Below are positions 46,965 through 55,889 of a stretch of 64,000 nt of DNA, one piece after another. The notes below the pieces were generated by a model, which searched no databases, was not told the DNA's origin, and saw nothing but the letters and a program-made list of their open reading frames with translations. How positions within the stretch are numbered: position 1 is the first letter of the stretch; every line of letters starts with the position of its first letter. The position numbers were made by a program, and so were the translations under genes. Origin of the DNA: a bacterium (lineage in GTDB: Bacteria; RBG-13-61-14; DATKZS01); contig CAXXFL010000006.1 in NCBI GenBank assembly GCA_963674965.2, forward strand, positions 1,185,511 to 1,249,510. Reading direction: 5' to 3'.

Positions 46965-48571
46965 AAGGGGAGCGGCTTATTATTGGGGCCGGAGTCGCGG
47001 TCCTGGCCGCCGTCTCGATACTGCCCTTTTTGCCGGGCCTTGCCGGTCCGTTCATGTTCGACGACTTCAACTCGATCACCCAAAACCCGGCGGTACATTC
47101 CTTCGACCTGAAAAGGTCCTTCACCGATCCCTCCGCCTTCAGCGTCAAGCCCGGCAACTGGCCCTACCGTCCCGTCACGCTGATCGTGAACGCGATCAAT
47201 TATCAAATCGCGGAACTGGACCCGATCGGGTGGAGACTTGTCACCCTCTTCATTCACGCCGTCAACTCGATCCTGGTGGCGGCGGCGGCGCGGACCGTCT
47301 TCGGCCTGAAAAAGGGCGCCTTTATGGCGGGGGCCTTGTTCGGGTGCGCGGCCATTCAAAGCGAGTCCGTTCTTTACGCGTCGGCGAGGAGCATGGTCAT
47401 ATCCATGACCCCGGCGCTCCTGGCCCTGATCGTTCTGTCACTGGCCTTGAAAATGGCCGGCAAGAAGCTGGTGGCCGGACTATTGGCCGTTTCCCTGCTT
47501 TGCGTCATCGCCTTTAACGCCTCGGAGGGGTCCCTGGCGGTGGTCGCCTGGTCGGCGATCGCGGTCTGGGTTGGCGGATACTCATTCAAAGACAAAAGGG
47601 CCGTCATCGGTCTCGCCATCCTGGCCGCGTTGGCGGCGGGTTTCGTGGCGCTTCGAGTACACTTGACCAGCGGCCTGACCTTCAAGCCTCATCCCGGCGT
47701 GGCCCCTTCTTACAATTTCACTCAGCACGCGCTTCTTCAGCTCAGGACGCCGTTCGTCATGGCCAAACTGGCCCTGTTCCCGAAAGGCCTTTCATTTATT
47801 CATCACGCCCCCGCCCCGGAGACATGGTCATTATTTACCGCCACAACTATTATCGCCCTGGTATTGACGGCTTTTATTCTTTATTATTTTCGACGCTATA
47901 AGGCGCCCGTCGCTGGACTGGCCTGGTATTTCGCGTCGCTTTTGCCCGCGGTCCTCGTTCCTCTTAACGTGGCCTGGGCCGAGCACAGGTCTTACCTGGC
48001 CCTTCCCGGCCTTTTCATCGCCCTGGCCTGGATAGCCGAAAAAATACTCTATTCGGGGCCTTCATACAAAAGGTATTTTATTTTCTTAATGGCCGCCTGC
48101 CTTGTTTTTATGTGTCTTTCCTCTGGGCTGAGAGCGTCTAAGTACTCGAACGACAGGGATATTTTCGCCGACGCCGCCATGAAGTCCCCCGGCGACCCGG
48201 CGGCCTGGAACTTTCTGGCCGAGCGCGATTACAGGGCGGGGGCCTACGCCCGGGCGGCCGGATACCTCGAGGTGTCCATATCCTTGTCGCCTGGATTTGC
48301 CGACGCGTACAATACAAGGGCGGCCTGCCTCATGCGGCTTGGCCGTCTTCCCGAGGCGGCCCAGTCAGCAAGGGAAGCGGTCAGGCTGGCGCCCGAGGTG
48401 GCCACTTATTGGAGCACCCTGGCCGTGATATTGATGATGGATGAAAGGCTTGACGAGGCGGAGGCAGTATTGAACAGGGCCATTTCGTCCTTAAGGCCGG
48501 ACGACCCCAACCGGGCCATTATATTAAGGAACCGTGAAAAACTGGCGCGCCTTAAGTCGCAAAGTCGTTAG
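46931..48571 (+). CDS. Second TMTC-like GT-C membrane protein with TPR repeats
   Basis: FMFDD, YRP, E...Y.SAR and EHRSYL; C-terminal TPRs. Start uncertain (ATG 46931 overlaps the upstream gene). Confidence 0.78.
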   Translation: MAKIDGKRGALKGERLIIGAGVAVLAAVSILPFLPGLAGPFMFDDFNSITQNPAVHSFDLKRSFTDPSAFSVKPGNWPYRPVTLIVNAINYQIAELDPIGWRLVTLFIHAVNSILVAAAARTVFGLKKGAFMAGALFGCAAIQSESVLYASARSMVISMTPALLALIVLSLALKMAGKKLVAGLLAVSLLCVIAFNASEGSLAVVAWSAIAVWVGGYSFKDKRAVIGLAILAALAAGFVALRVHLTSGLTFKPHPGVAPSYNFTQHALLQLRTPFVMAKLALFPKGLSFIHHAPAPETWSLFTATTIIALVLTAFILYYFRRYKAPVAGLAWYFASLLPAVLVPLNVAWAEHRSYLALPGLFIALAWIAEKILYSGPSYKRYFIFLMAACLVFMCLSSGLRASKYSNDRDIFADAAMKSPGDPAAWNFLAERDYRAGAYARAAGYLEVSISLSPGFADAYNTRAACLMRLGRLPEAAQSAREAVRLAPEVATYWSTLAVILMMDERLDEAEAVLNRAISSLRPDDPNRAIILRNREKLARLKSQSR

Positions 48572-48573
48572 TA

Positions 48574-49302
48574 TTATTTCTCCAGCAACACTCTTCTCAC
48601 CGCGGACAATTGCCTGAAGATGGCTCCCTGCCCCGCCTGTTTCCTAGTGAGGGCCTGGTCGGTCACGACGGCCCCGGCGATGGCGTCGACCCCGTAATCG
48701 AAGAGCACGGTGGAAAGCGGGGTGGTAGGACCGATGATGAGCAGCCATTTATCCTTCGCCAGATCAAGCAGACTCAGAATGGTACCATTCGAAAAGGCGC
48801 TTCCCGTAATGGCCACGACCTCGGCCCGTGGAATTACGCTTTCGGCCTCCTCCGCCGGCAGGTCGCCGCCGCGAGGAGACAGCTCGAGGATGGCGGTGTC
48901 CTTGGTGACCCGGGCGACCTTATCGGCGAAGGCGAAATGTCCCACCATGGCCAGGCGCTTGCCCGAGGCCTTCTCCATCAGCAGATCGCGAGCGTTCTTA
49001 TCGGAAAGCGAAAGACTCGAGGCGTCCTGCCCCGCGTTCACGGCGGCCATGCCCAGGCTGGCCTCGGTGGGGCGCCGGGAATGGACCATCCTGGCCAACT
49101 CGGCCAAAGTCCTCGCCTCCAGTGCCCCCGCGTCCATGACCGCCGGGACCCCGTGCCTGGCCCCTTTTGGAGACAAGGTGGTGGAAAGACCCGTGCCCAC
49201 GCCCGACTCGACCATGGTGACGAAGGGCCCTATGGTTACCGCGGACGCGACCGAGTCGTCTTTAATGGTGGAAATCAGGTCGTCATATAATCCCATCTTC
49301 AT
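48574..49302 (-). CDS. DUF364 (Rossmann-like, putative metal-binding) protein
   Basis: ASLGMAAVNA, VGHF, ITGS...NGT...LL, GPTTPL...LFDYG. Confidence 0.82.
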   Translation of the reverse strand: MKMGLYDDLISTIKDDSVASAVTIGPFVTMVESGVGTGLSTTLSPKGARHGVPAVMDAGALEARTLAELARMVHSRRPTEASLGMAAVNAGQDASSLSLSDKNARDLLMEKASGKRLAMVGHFAFADKVARVTKDTAILELSPRGGDLPAEEAESVIPRAEVVAITGSAFSNGTILSLLDLAKDKWLLIIGPTTPLSTVLFDYGVDAIAGAVVTDQALTRKQAGQGAIFRQLSAVRRVLLEK

Positions 49303-49332
49303 CTCCTTTGCGCGGGGCTTATGGGGGGGGTT

Positions 49333-49363
49333 AAAAACGAAAAACCCCGGAGGTTTTCCGGGG
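49333..49363 (-). terminator. Intrinsic terminator ending the dsr-ferredoxin transcript
   Basis: Minus strand CCCCGGA-aaacc-TCCGGGG followed by TTTTTCGTTTTT. Confidence 0.75.
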
Positions 49364-49392
49364 CCTTCCGACGTTCGATCCGAAGCGTTGCC

Positions 49393-49578
49393 TTAGGCTT
49401 CCTCGACGGTGATGGCTTCCTCGGGGCAAGCCTCGACGCAACTCATGCATCCCTCGCACTCCTCGGCGTTGACCGGGACGGACTTGTCGTCCTGGATTTC
49501 ATATACCTCGAAGGGGCATATGTCAACGCAGCTCTCACACCCGGTGCACTTGTCTTGGTCAACCGTGATATTCCACAT
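49393..49578 (-). CDS. 2[4Fe-4S] ferredoxin
   Basis: Two CxxCxxCxxxCP motifs in 61 acidic residues; AGGAG RBS. Confidence 0.92.
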   Translation of the reverse strand: MWNITVDQDKCTGCESCVDICPFEVYEIQDDKSVPVNAEECEGCMSCVEACPEEAITVEEA

Positions 49579-49649
49579 CTTTCCTCTCCTTTTCTTTTTA
49601 ATTATCTTACATAATCCCGGCCGCCGGGTCGGGACAGAACCTCAAAAGC

Positions 49650-50828
49650 TCATGAATTGGCCGCCTGGCGCACCTCGGCGACTATCTTGTAAAGCACCGT
49701 GATTACCAGCGCCCCGATTCCGAAGACTCCCATCGTTATAAGGACCTCGGGCAGGGTGGGCGAATACTCGGTGATGTGTCCGAGCGGGCTGGGCACGAAG
49801 CCGCCGATGATAAGTCCGACGCCCTTGTCGAGCCATGCCGCCAGGACGAGGACGACCAGGGTGGGGACCAATATGGACAGGTTGCGGCGCGCGCCGGGAA
49901 ACACCAGCACGATGGCCGAGGTCACGCCCAGCACCAGGGACGTCCACATGAAGGGCACGAGGGCCCCGTAGGTATGGCCGTGCTCGTGGAGCCCGAAGAA
50001 GAGGTACTCGATCGAGTGCTTGTGGCCGGGGATACCGCTGTAGAAGGCGGTGAAGAACTCGAGGCCGAGGAAGAACATGTTGACGATCATGGCGTAGCAG
50101 ATGATCTGGGCCAGTTTGCCCACGGCCTTCATGTTGTTCTCCTGCTTGTAGAAATAATTCATCAGGAGATAAAGGATGACCAGTATGGCCGGACCGGCGC
50201 AGAAGGCCGAGGCCAGAAATCTGGCCGCCAAAATGGCCGTGAGCCACATGTGCCTGTTGGGCAGGCCGGCGTAGAGGAAGGCGGTCACCGTGTGTATAAG
50301 CGGGGCCCAGGCGATGGACAGATAGATAATCGGCTTAAGTATGTAATAGGGCGGTTGTTTGCCCCTGTACTCGGCCGCCAGCATGGGCACGGCGATCACC
50401 AGGTTAAGGGCCAGATAGGTGCCGAGCACCAGCATGTCCCAGAACATGATCGAGTTGGGCGTGGGATAAAGGGGCACGTTTAAAACGCGCGTGGGCATTC
50501 CCATGTCCACGAAGATGAAGGTCATGCACATAATGACGGCGCCCACGGCCAGGAACTCGCCGAGAATGGTGATCTTTCCAAAGGCCTTGTAGTCGTGCAG
50601 GTAATAGGGAAGCACGACCATGAGTCCCGAGGCCGCCACGCCGACGAGGAAGGTGAACTGGGCGATATAGAATCCCCAGGTCACGTCCCTGCTGAGGCCC
50701 GTGATGCCCAGTCCGTCCCTGAGTTGGAGCAGGTAAGCCAGGGTCCCGGCCCCGATCACGGCCAGCAGGAATACAATCCAGGCCCAGTATCTAGGGCCGC
50801 CTTTTATTGCCTTTTCAAGTTCCAGCAT
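49650..50828 (-). CDS. dsrP: DsrP, NrfD/PsrC-family membrane subunit
   Basis: GL..TG.SRDV.WG.YIAQFTFLVGVAAS, PNS.MFWD and IHTVTAFL; follows dsrO. Confidence 0.93.
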   Translation of the reverse strand: MLELEKAIKGGPRYWAWIVFLLAVIGAGTLAYLLQLRDGLGITGLSRDVTWGFYIAQFTFLVGVAASGLMVVLPYYLHDYKAFGKITILGEFLAVGAVIMCMTFIFVDMGMPTRVLNVPLYPTPNSIMFWDMLVLGTYLALNLVIAVPMLAAEYRGKQPPYYILKPIIYLSIAWAPLIHTVTAFLYAGLPNRHMWLTAILAARFLASAFCAGPAILVILYLLMNYFYKQENNMKAVGKLAQIICYAMIVNMFFLGLEFFTAFYSGIPGHKHSIEYLFFGLHEHGHTYGALVPFMWTSLVLGVTSAIVLVFPGARRNLSILVPTLVVLVLAAWLDKGVGLIIGGFVPSPLGHITEYSPTLPEVLITMGVFGIGALVITVLYKIVAEVRQAANS

Positions 50829-50830
50829 GG

Positions 50831-51613
50831 CTACCTCACAATGTAGTAAACCATCGGCAAAGTGCCGAGTTCAGGTTTGCGCTTGACCGTGTAGTTCTCG
50901 CGGAGCAGCTTGCTGACCTGGGAGTTCTCGTCCGCCAAGTCACCGAAGGCAAGGGCCCCGTGTTTGCACGCCTCGACGCACACGGGTATCTTGCCCACGG
51001 CCAGCCGCTCGGCGCAGAAGTTGCATTTCTCGACCACGCCCTTCATCCTGGTGGGAAAATCCTTGTTGTAATGAGTATGATCCAGGCCGAGGCGCGGGTC
51101 CTTGAGGTTGAAACTCCGCGACCCGTAGGGACAGGCGGCCATGCAGAAGCGGCAGCCGATGCAGCGATGGTAGTCCATCATGACCACGCCGTCTTTGCGC
51201 TTGAAGGTGGCCTGAGTGGGGCATACCCTTACGCAGGGAGGGTTGTCGCAATGATTGCATAGCACCAGGAAGGGCCTGGAAGCCGTGGCCTTATCGACGT
51301 ACTCCCCCTCGTTTTCGGGCACGGCGAAGGCGTTCACGTATTTCTCGTGCCATATCCACTTTATTTCATGCCTTTTATTATAGGTGAATTCGGGCACGTT
51401 ATGCGTGAAATGGCAGGCCTTGGCGCAGTCATCGCAGCCCTCGGGGCATTTCCTTACGTCCACGACCATGGCCCATCTCTCGCCCGTCAAGGCCTCCTTG
51501 TTGGGGCCTACCTGGTCCTTGAAACCGGCGATGGCCTTGGAGGCCGGGACCGCTCCGGCTCCGATGGCGGAGACGCCCGCTATCTTGAGGAAATCTCGTT
51601 TCGTAATACCCAT
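50831..51613 (-). CDS. dsrO: DsrO, periplasmic FeS protein
   Basis: Tat-like TKRDFLK; CNHCDNPPCVRVCP, CIGCRFCMAACPY and EKCNFC. Confidence 0.93.
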   Translation of the reverse strand: MGITKRDFLKIAGVSAIGAGAVPASKAIAGFKDQVGPNKEALTGERWAMVVDVRKCPEGCDDCAKACHFTHNVPEFTYNKRHEIKWIWHEKYVNAFAVPENEGEYVDKATASRPFLVLCNHCDNPPCVRVCPTQATFKRKDGVVMMDYHRCIGCRFCMAACPYGSRSFNLKDPRLGLDHTHYNKDFPTRMKGVVEKCNFCAERLAVGKIPVCVEACKHGALAFGDLADENSQVSKLLRENYTVKRKPELGTLPMVYYIVR

Positions 51614-51614
51614 C

Positions 51615-52016
51615 TTAAAGCTCCTCAAAGTTCAGGTGGCAATCCCAGCAGAACGGATCGACGTCGTTATAGTTGTGGCAGTGTCTGCAGAATTTCACGT
51701 ATCCGTCCCCGGTCTTGCCCCCGTGGCAGTCGAGGCAGGTGTTGGAAAGGCTCATGTTATAACGTTTGCCGTCCAGTCTGGAGGTGTAAACCCTGTTGCC
51801 TTCCCTTACCACCGAGTCGCGCCAACTGTTGAGCAGGTCCATATGGTTGCTCTTCATGTATTCCGTGTCCTCGATGCAGTGGTCCTGTTTGGCCTTGGCG
51901 GACTTAAGGTCCGGCGGGGTCACCTTGCCGCCGGTGGCCACGTTGTACCACAAGGGGCTCGTGAATAAGAGGACAAAAACGGCGAGTCCAACGGCTACTT
52001 TACCCAGATCGTACAT
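51615..52016 (-). CDS. dsrJ: DsrJ, triheme cytochrome c
   Basis: Three CxxCH motifs (CLDCH, CRHCH, CWDCH) and HM.LL..WRD.VVR; N-terminal anchor. Confidence 0.95.
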   Translation of the reverse strand: MYDLGKVAVGLAVFVLLFTSPLWYNVATGGKVTPPDLKSAKAKQDHCIEDTEYMKSNHMDLLNSWRDSVVREGNRVYTSRLDGKRYNMSLSNTCLDCHGGKTGDGYVKFCRHCHNYNDVDPFCWDCHLNFEEL

Positions 52017-53659
52017 TAGCCTTTACCCCCCTCTTCCTTTTTTTCTTCCTTGGCCTTGGCGTTCCCGTAGGGCTCGCCCCGGAGGTCCGCGTCGCGGTCG
52101 GGTTTCTCGCCCTTCATGACCAGGGCGTTTCCGACCAACTCATGGATCGCTCCAACGTTGACCTCGGGGGCCCAGTACTCCATGAGCGGGGCCAGGGTGG
52201 CCTTGTCGATGGCGCAGATGCAAAGAAGGCGGTTGACCCCGTGCTTGTCGCGAACGTGCTGGACCGCGTTGGCCCGGGGGTATCCTCCCCTCATCCTCAT
52301 CTCGAGGTTCTCGTCCGTGCCCAGGCCCGCGCCGCTGCCGCAGCAGAAGGTCTTCTCGCGGATGGTGTTCTCGGGCATCTCGAAGAAGTTGTTCATTACC
52401 GAGTTGATAACGTACCTCGGCTCGTCCAGAAGTCCCATGCCCCTCGAGGGGTTGCACGAGTCGTGATAGGTGGCCCGCACGTGGTCGTTCCTGGACGGAT
52501 CGAGCTTGAGCTTGCCGTTCTTTATGAGGTCGGCCGTGAACTCGCAGATGTGGACCATCTTGGTCGACTTGGCGTTCTCGAACTTGGTGCCGGTTATGGG
52601 ACTTACCGGCTCCTCGAGGAAGTCGGCCGGACCGTTCATGGTGTCCATGTACTGGTGGATAACGCGCCACATGTGGCCGCACTCGCCGCCGAGAATCCAT
52701 TTGACGCCCAGACGCTTGGCCTCGGCGTAAATCTTGGCGTTGAGGCGCTTCATCATCTGGTTCGAGTGGAACAGGCCGAAGTTGCCGCCCTCCGAGGCGT
52801 AAGCCGAGAAGGTGTAGTCGAGCCCGATCTCATGGAGGAGAGTAAGATAACCCATGAACCCGTAGTAGTGCGGGTCGGCGAAGTAATCGGCGGAGGGGAC
52901 CACGAAAAGTATCTCGGCGCCCTTTTTGTTGACCGGAGCCTCGACCCGGACCCCCGTGTTGTCGTAAACGTCGTCAACCGCGAAGTCCACGCTGTCCTTG
53001 AAGCCGTGGGGAAGGATGCCAAGGTGGTTGCCCGTCCTGAAGCAGTTGGCCGCCGGGGTCATGATCCAGTCGATGTTGAGACCCACCAGGTTTAGGAGCT
53101 CGCGGCCCATCATGGTTATCTCGGCCGTGTCGATGCCGTAGGGGCAGAACACGGAGCAACGCCGGCACTCGGTGCACTGGAAGAAGTAATAGAACCAGTC
53201 GCGAAGAAGGTCCTCGGTCAGGTCCAGCCCCCCGGCCATGCGGCCCATCAGCTTGCCCGCCAGGGTGAACTCCTTCCTGTAGACCGCGCGGAGAAGCTCG
53301 GCCCGAAGCACGGGCATGTTCTTGGGGTCGCCGCTGCCGATGAAGTAATGGCACTTGTCCGCGCAGGCCCCGCACCTTACGCAGATGTCCATGAATATCT
53401 TGAAGGTGCGGAACTTGTCCAGGCGGTCGCGCATGCCCTCGAGGATGATCTCCTTCCAGTTGTGGGGAAGCTGCCAGTCCTCGTCGCTGGGCTGCCATTT
53501 CCTGGGGTACGGCTCGTCCAGGTAAGCCACGCTCTTTCTGGTACCGGAGTAGTTCCAGGTGCCAGGCTTGAAATCGGAGTGGGTATCCATCCAGCCCTTG
53601 TCGGGCAGGGAGAAATCCACGTTCGACAAAACCTCGGGTTTAGGTAAATGCTCTGACAT
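52016..53659 (-). CDS. dsrK: DsrK, HdrD-like FeS/CCG protein
   Basis: CVRCGACADKC, CTECRRCSVFCP, GECGH, HDSC and CCGSG. Confidence 0.96.
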   Translation of the reverse strand: MSEHLPKPEVLSNVDFSLPDKGWMDTHSDFKPGTWNYSGTRKSVAYLDEPYPRKWQPSDEDWQLPHNWKEIILEGMRDRLDKFRTFKIFMDICVRCGACADKCHYFIGSGDPKNMPVLRAELLRAVYRKEFTLAGKLMGRMAGGLDLTEDLLRDWFYYFFQCTECRRCSVFCPYGIDTAEITMMGRELLNLVGLNIDWIMTPAANCFRTGNHLGILPHGFKDSVDFAVDDVYDNTGVRVEAPVNKKGAEILFVVPSADYFADPHYYGFMGYLTLLHEIGLDYTFSAYASEGGNFGLFHSNQMMKRLNAKIYAEAKRLGVKWILGGECGHMWRVIHQYMDTMNGPADFLEEPVSPITGTKFENAKSTKMVHICEFTADLIKNGKLKLDPSRNDHVRATYHDSCNPSRGMGLLDEPRYVINSVMNNFFEMPENTIREKTFCCGSGAGLGTDENLEMRMRGGYPRANAVQHVRDKHGVNRLLCICAIDKATLAPLMEYWAPEVNVGAIHELVGNALVMKGEKPDRDADLRGEPYGNAKAKEEKKEEGGKG

Positions 53660-53661
53660 GA

Positions 53662-54666
53662 CTACTCATCCTTTTCCAAAGGTAATCCCGCGTCCCTCAT
53701 CAAGTCGCGGAACTCGTCCTCCCACTCCTCATAGGTGTGGGTCTTGACCTCGGGGTTCCACGGGTTGATATGCCTCTTCACGCGGCTGTTGTTGACCAGG
53801 TTGCGGGTCGGGCTCATGAATATGCCCGGCATGTGAAGAAGCTTGCTGAAGGGGAAATAAGCTATGAGGGAACTGACCAGGAATAAATGGGCGAAGAACA
53901 TGGGCTGCATGTTCCTCAGCGCGTCGACGGGCGGTGAGGACAGGCTGAAGATGGACACGGCCAGGTCCTTGACCACGAACAGGTCGGCCTTGAACCAGGG
54001 CAGGTGCCGCATGGAAAGGCCCGTGACGGCGATGGCCATGATCAGGAACAGCGGGAAGTAGTCCGCCGGCAAGGATATATAACGCAGGTTGGCGTAGTAT
54101 ATCCTCCTGAAAAAAAGATAGCCAAGGGCGCCCAGCAGGACCAGCCCCGACAGGTAAACCGTGGGAACGGTTATCTCGAAGAACCCGTCAACCTGGGCCA
54201 GCATGGTGGAGAAAAAGGGCACGGGCTCCATGAAGAACCTGAAATGGCGGAGGAATATGACCAGGAAAGAATAATGGAAGGCCAGGGCGGCCACCCACAG
54301 GAAAATCTCCTGCCCATAGGTCACGTTCCTGTCGTGCCCGAGCTCCATCTTGGTGTTCTTGAAAAGGGAGCGGAACACGAGGACCTCGGCGGCCATCCTG
54401 CCGATGAGGCCCACCATGGTCGAGGGGTTGTCGAACTTGTTCTGCTTGATCCAGGGCAGCGACTTCTGCTGTCCTGAGGTGGTTGGAATCCTGAAAGGCA
54501 CGGGGGATTTCGCCCAGCGCAGAACGTTGACGATGATCCCGACCAGGAAAACCGCCAGCGCCGCGTACGGCACGACCACGCCGAAAAGCCCCGGAATCAG
54601 GTATCCTCCCAGCGCGCCGATGATCCCCAGCGCGCCAACCGCGACGAGAGGGATGATTACTCTCAT
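53662..54666 (-). CDS. dsrM: DsrM, membrane cytochrome b
   Basis: PVPFRIPTTSGQQKSL, FH...RH, H...YFPFSKL.H and SPTRN. Confidence 0.95.
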   Translation of the reverse strand: MRVIIPLVAVGALGIIGALGGYLIPGLFGVVVPYAALAVFLVGIIVNVLRWAKSPVPFRIPTTSGQQKSLPWIKQNKFDNPSTMVGLIGRMAAEVLVFRSLFKNTKMELGHDRNVTYGQEIFLWVAALAFHYSFLVIFLRHFRFFMEPVPFFSTMLAQVDGFFEITVPTVYLSGLVLLGALGYLFFRRIYYANLRYISLPADYFPLFLIMAIAVTGLSMRHLPWFKADLFVVKDLAVSIFSLSSPPVDALRNMQPMFFAHLFLVSSLIAYFPFSKLLHMPGIFMSPTRNLVNNSRVKRHINPWNPEVKTHTYEEWEDEFRDLMRDAGLPLEKDE

Positions 54667-54672
54667 TTGCCA

Positions 54673-55254
54673 CTACCTTCCTTCACAATCACAATTGTCC
54701 TTGCACGCGTCTCCGCATGATAATTCCCCATCAAGGCCCAGTTCCCTGGCGCGCTCCGGATATCTCGCGTTGACCATGTCAAGGAGAAGCTGGGAACGTT
54801 TCCGGAGTTCCGTCGCCTTTATCTCGTAAAGAAGCTCGCGACGCTTCATGAAGACGTCGAAGCCCATGAGGGCGACCCGGTCGATTCTCGACTCGATCTC
54901 CGTCAACTCGGCAAGGGGAACGTCCTTTACGTCCACGTCGTCGAGCCCGGTCCTGATCACCCGCTTTAAATCGAGAATAAAGGCCAAGGCGGCGGAGGGC
55001 ATGAAACCCTGCACCGCCCTTATCCTTATCACGTTATCCAGCGGCTTGCGCAGTTCCTCCAAGTCGTCCGCGCTCACGATTCCAAGGAAGATGTTTTGAA
55101 TCTCCTCCTTGATGCTCGTGCCCACGGGGTTGGCGAAATGGTCGCCCACCGACTTGAAAAACGACCTGGAATCGGGAGGGTAAGTGTCTATTATCGCGCC
55201 GAACCACGCGTCGACAATGGAGCGTTTCCTCTCCAAAAGGAGATCTTTTAGCAT
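54673..55254 (-). CDS. dsrT: DsrT (RsbRD N-terminal domain) with Cys-rich tail
   Basis: W...I..TYP, D.FANPVG and IRIRAVQ.F.PS.A; located directly upstream of dsrM. Confidence 0.9.
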   Translation of the reverse strand: MLKDLLLERKRSIVDAWFGAIIDTYPPDSRSFFKSVGDHFANPVGTSIKEEIQNIFLGIVSADDLEELRKPLDNVIRIRAVQGFMPSAALAFILDLKRVIRTGLDDVDVKDVPLAELTEIESRIDRVALMGFDVFMKRRELLYEIKATELRKRSQLLLDMVNARYPERARELGLDGELSCGDACKDNCDCEGR

Positions 55255-55401
55255 TTTCAAACCCCTCTACCCAAACCCAAAACCACGAAAGCCGCCCAAC
55301 GAGACGGACCGTAAAAGTCAATTGGGCATGACTTTTTCGCCTCGATAATGGGACCTAAAAAAACGTTGACGGCAACCGGCCCCCACTCGAGGCCGGAGCA
55401 A

Positions 55402-55450
55402 GGATTTGGCGTCCCCCGCGGAGCAAGGCGCGTCCGCGGGAGACAAAATC
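55402..55450 (-). terminator. Strong stem-loop downstream of dsrC (partial terminator or RNA stabiliser)
   Basis: GGATTT..GTC.CCCGCGGA / TCCGCGGG.GAC.AAATCC inverted repeat about 30 nt after the dsrC stop; no clear U-tract. Confidence 0.45.
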
Positions 55451-55477
55451 CAAAGGGATATACAAGCCGGGCGCGAA

Positions 55478-55795
55478 TTAAACGCAGCCGGTCGGCTTGG
55501 GCAGTCCGGCCACTTTGCAGGCGCCCTTGGCCGGTCCGCTGGGGAACAGCTCGTACACCTTCTTGAGATCAAGGCCGGTCTCTTTGCAGAGCTTGCGGAT
55601 CATGGGGGCGATCTGGAACTTCAGATAATAATCGCGAAGATAGTTAACGAGCTTCCAGTGCTCCTCACCCATGTCGTCCACGCCCTCGGTCTTGGCCAGG
55701 TCCTTGGCCACTTCCTCGTCCCAAAGATCTGGGTCCTGAATGAATCCGTCCTCGTCTACCTCGACTTCTTTTCCACCAAGCGTTACCATAGGCAT
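55478..55795 (-). CDS. dsrC: DsrC sulfur-carrier protein
   Basis: DEDGF and YELFPSGPAKGACKVAGLPKPTGCV with both C-terminal Cys (CX10C); GGAGG RBS. Confidence 0.97.
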   Translation of the reverse strand: MPMVTLGGKEVEVDEDGFIQDPDLWDEEVAKDLAKTEGVDDMGEEHWKLVNYLRDYYLKFQIAPMIRKLCKETGLDLKKVYELFPSGPAKGACKVAGLPKPTGCV

Positions 55796-55889
55796 GAAAA
55801 ATACCTCCTTTGCCCAAAGGGCATAAATAATTTGATTTTACCTCACTCTGCCGCCAAATGGCGACCGCTCGAGACCACTTCCTATTATT

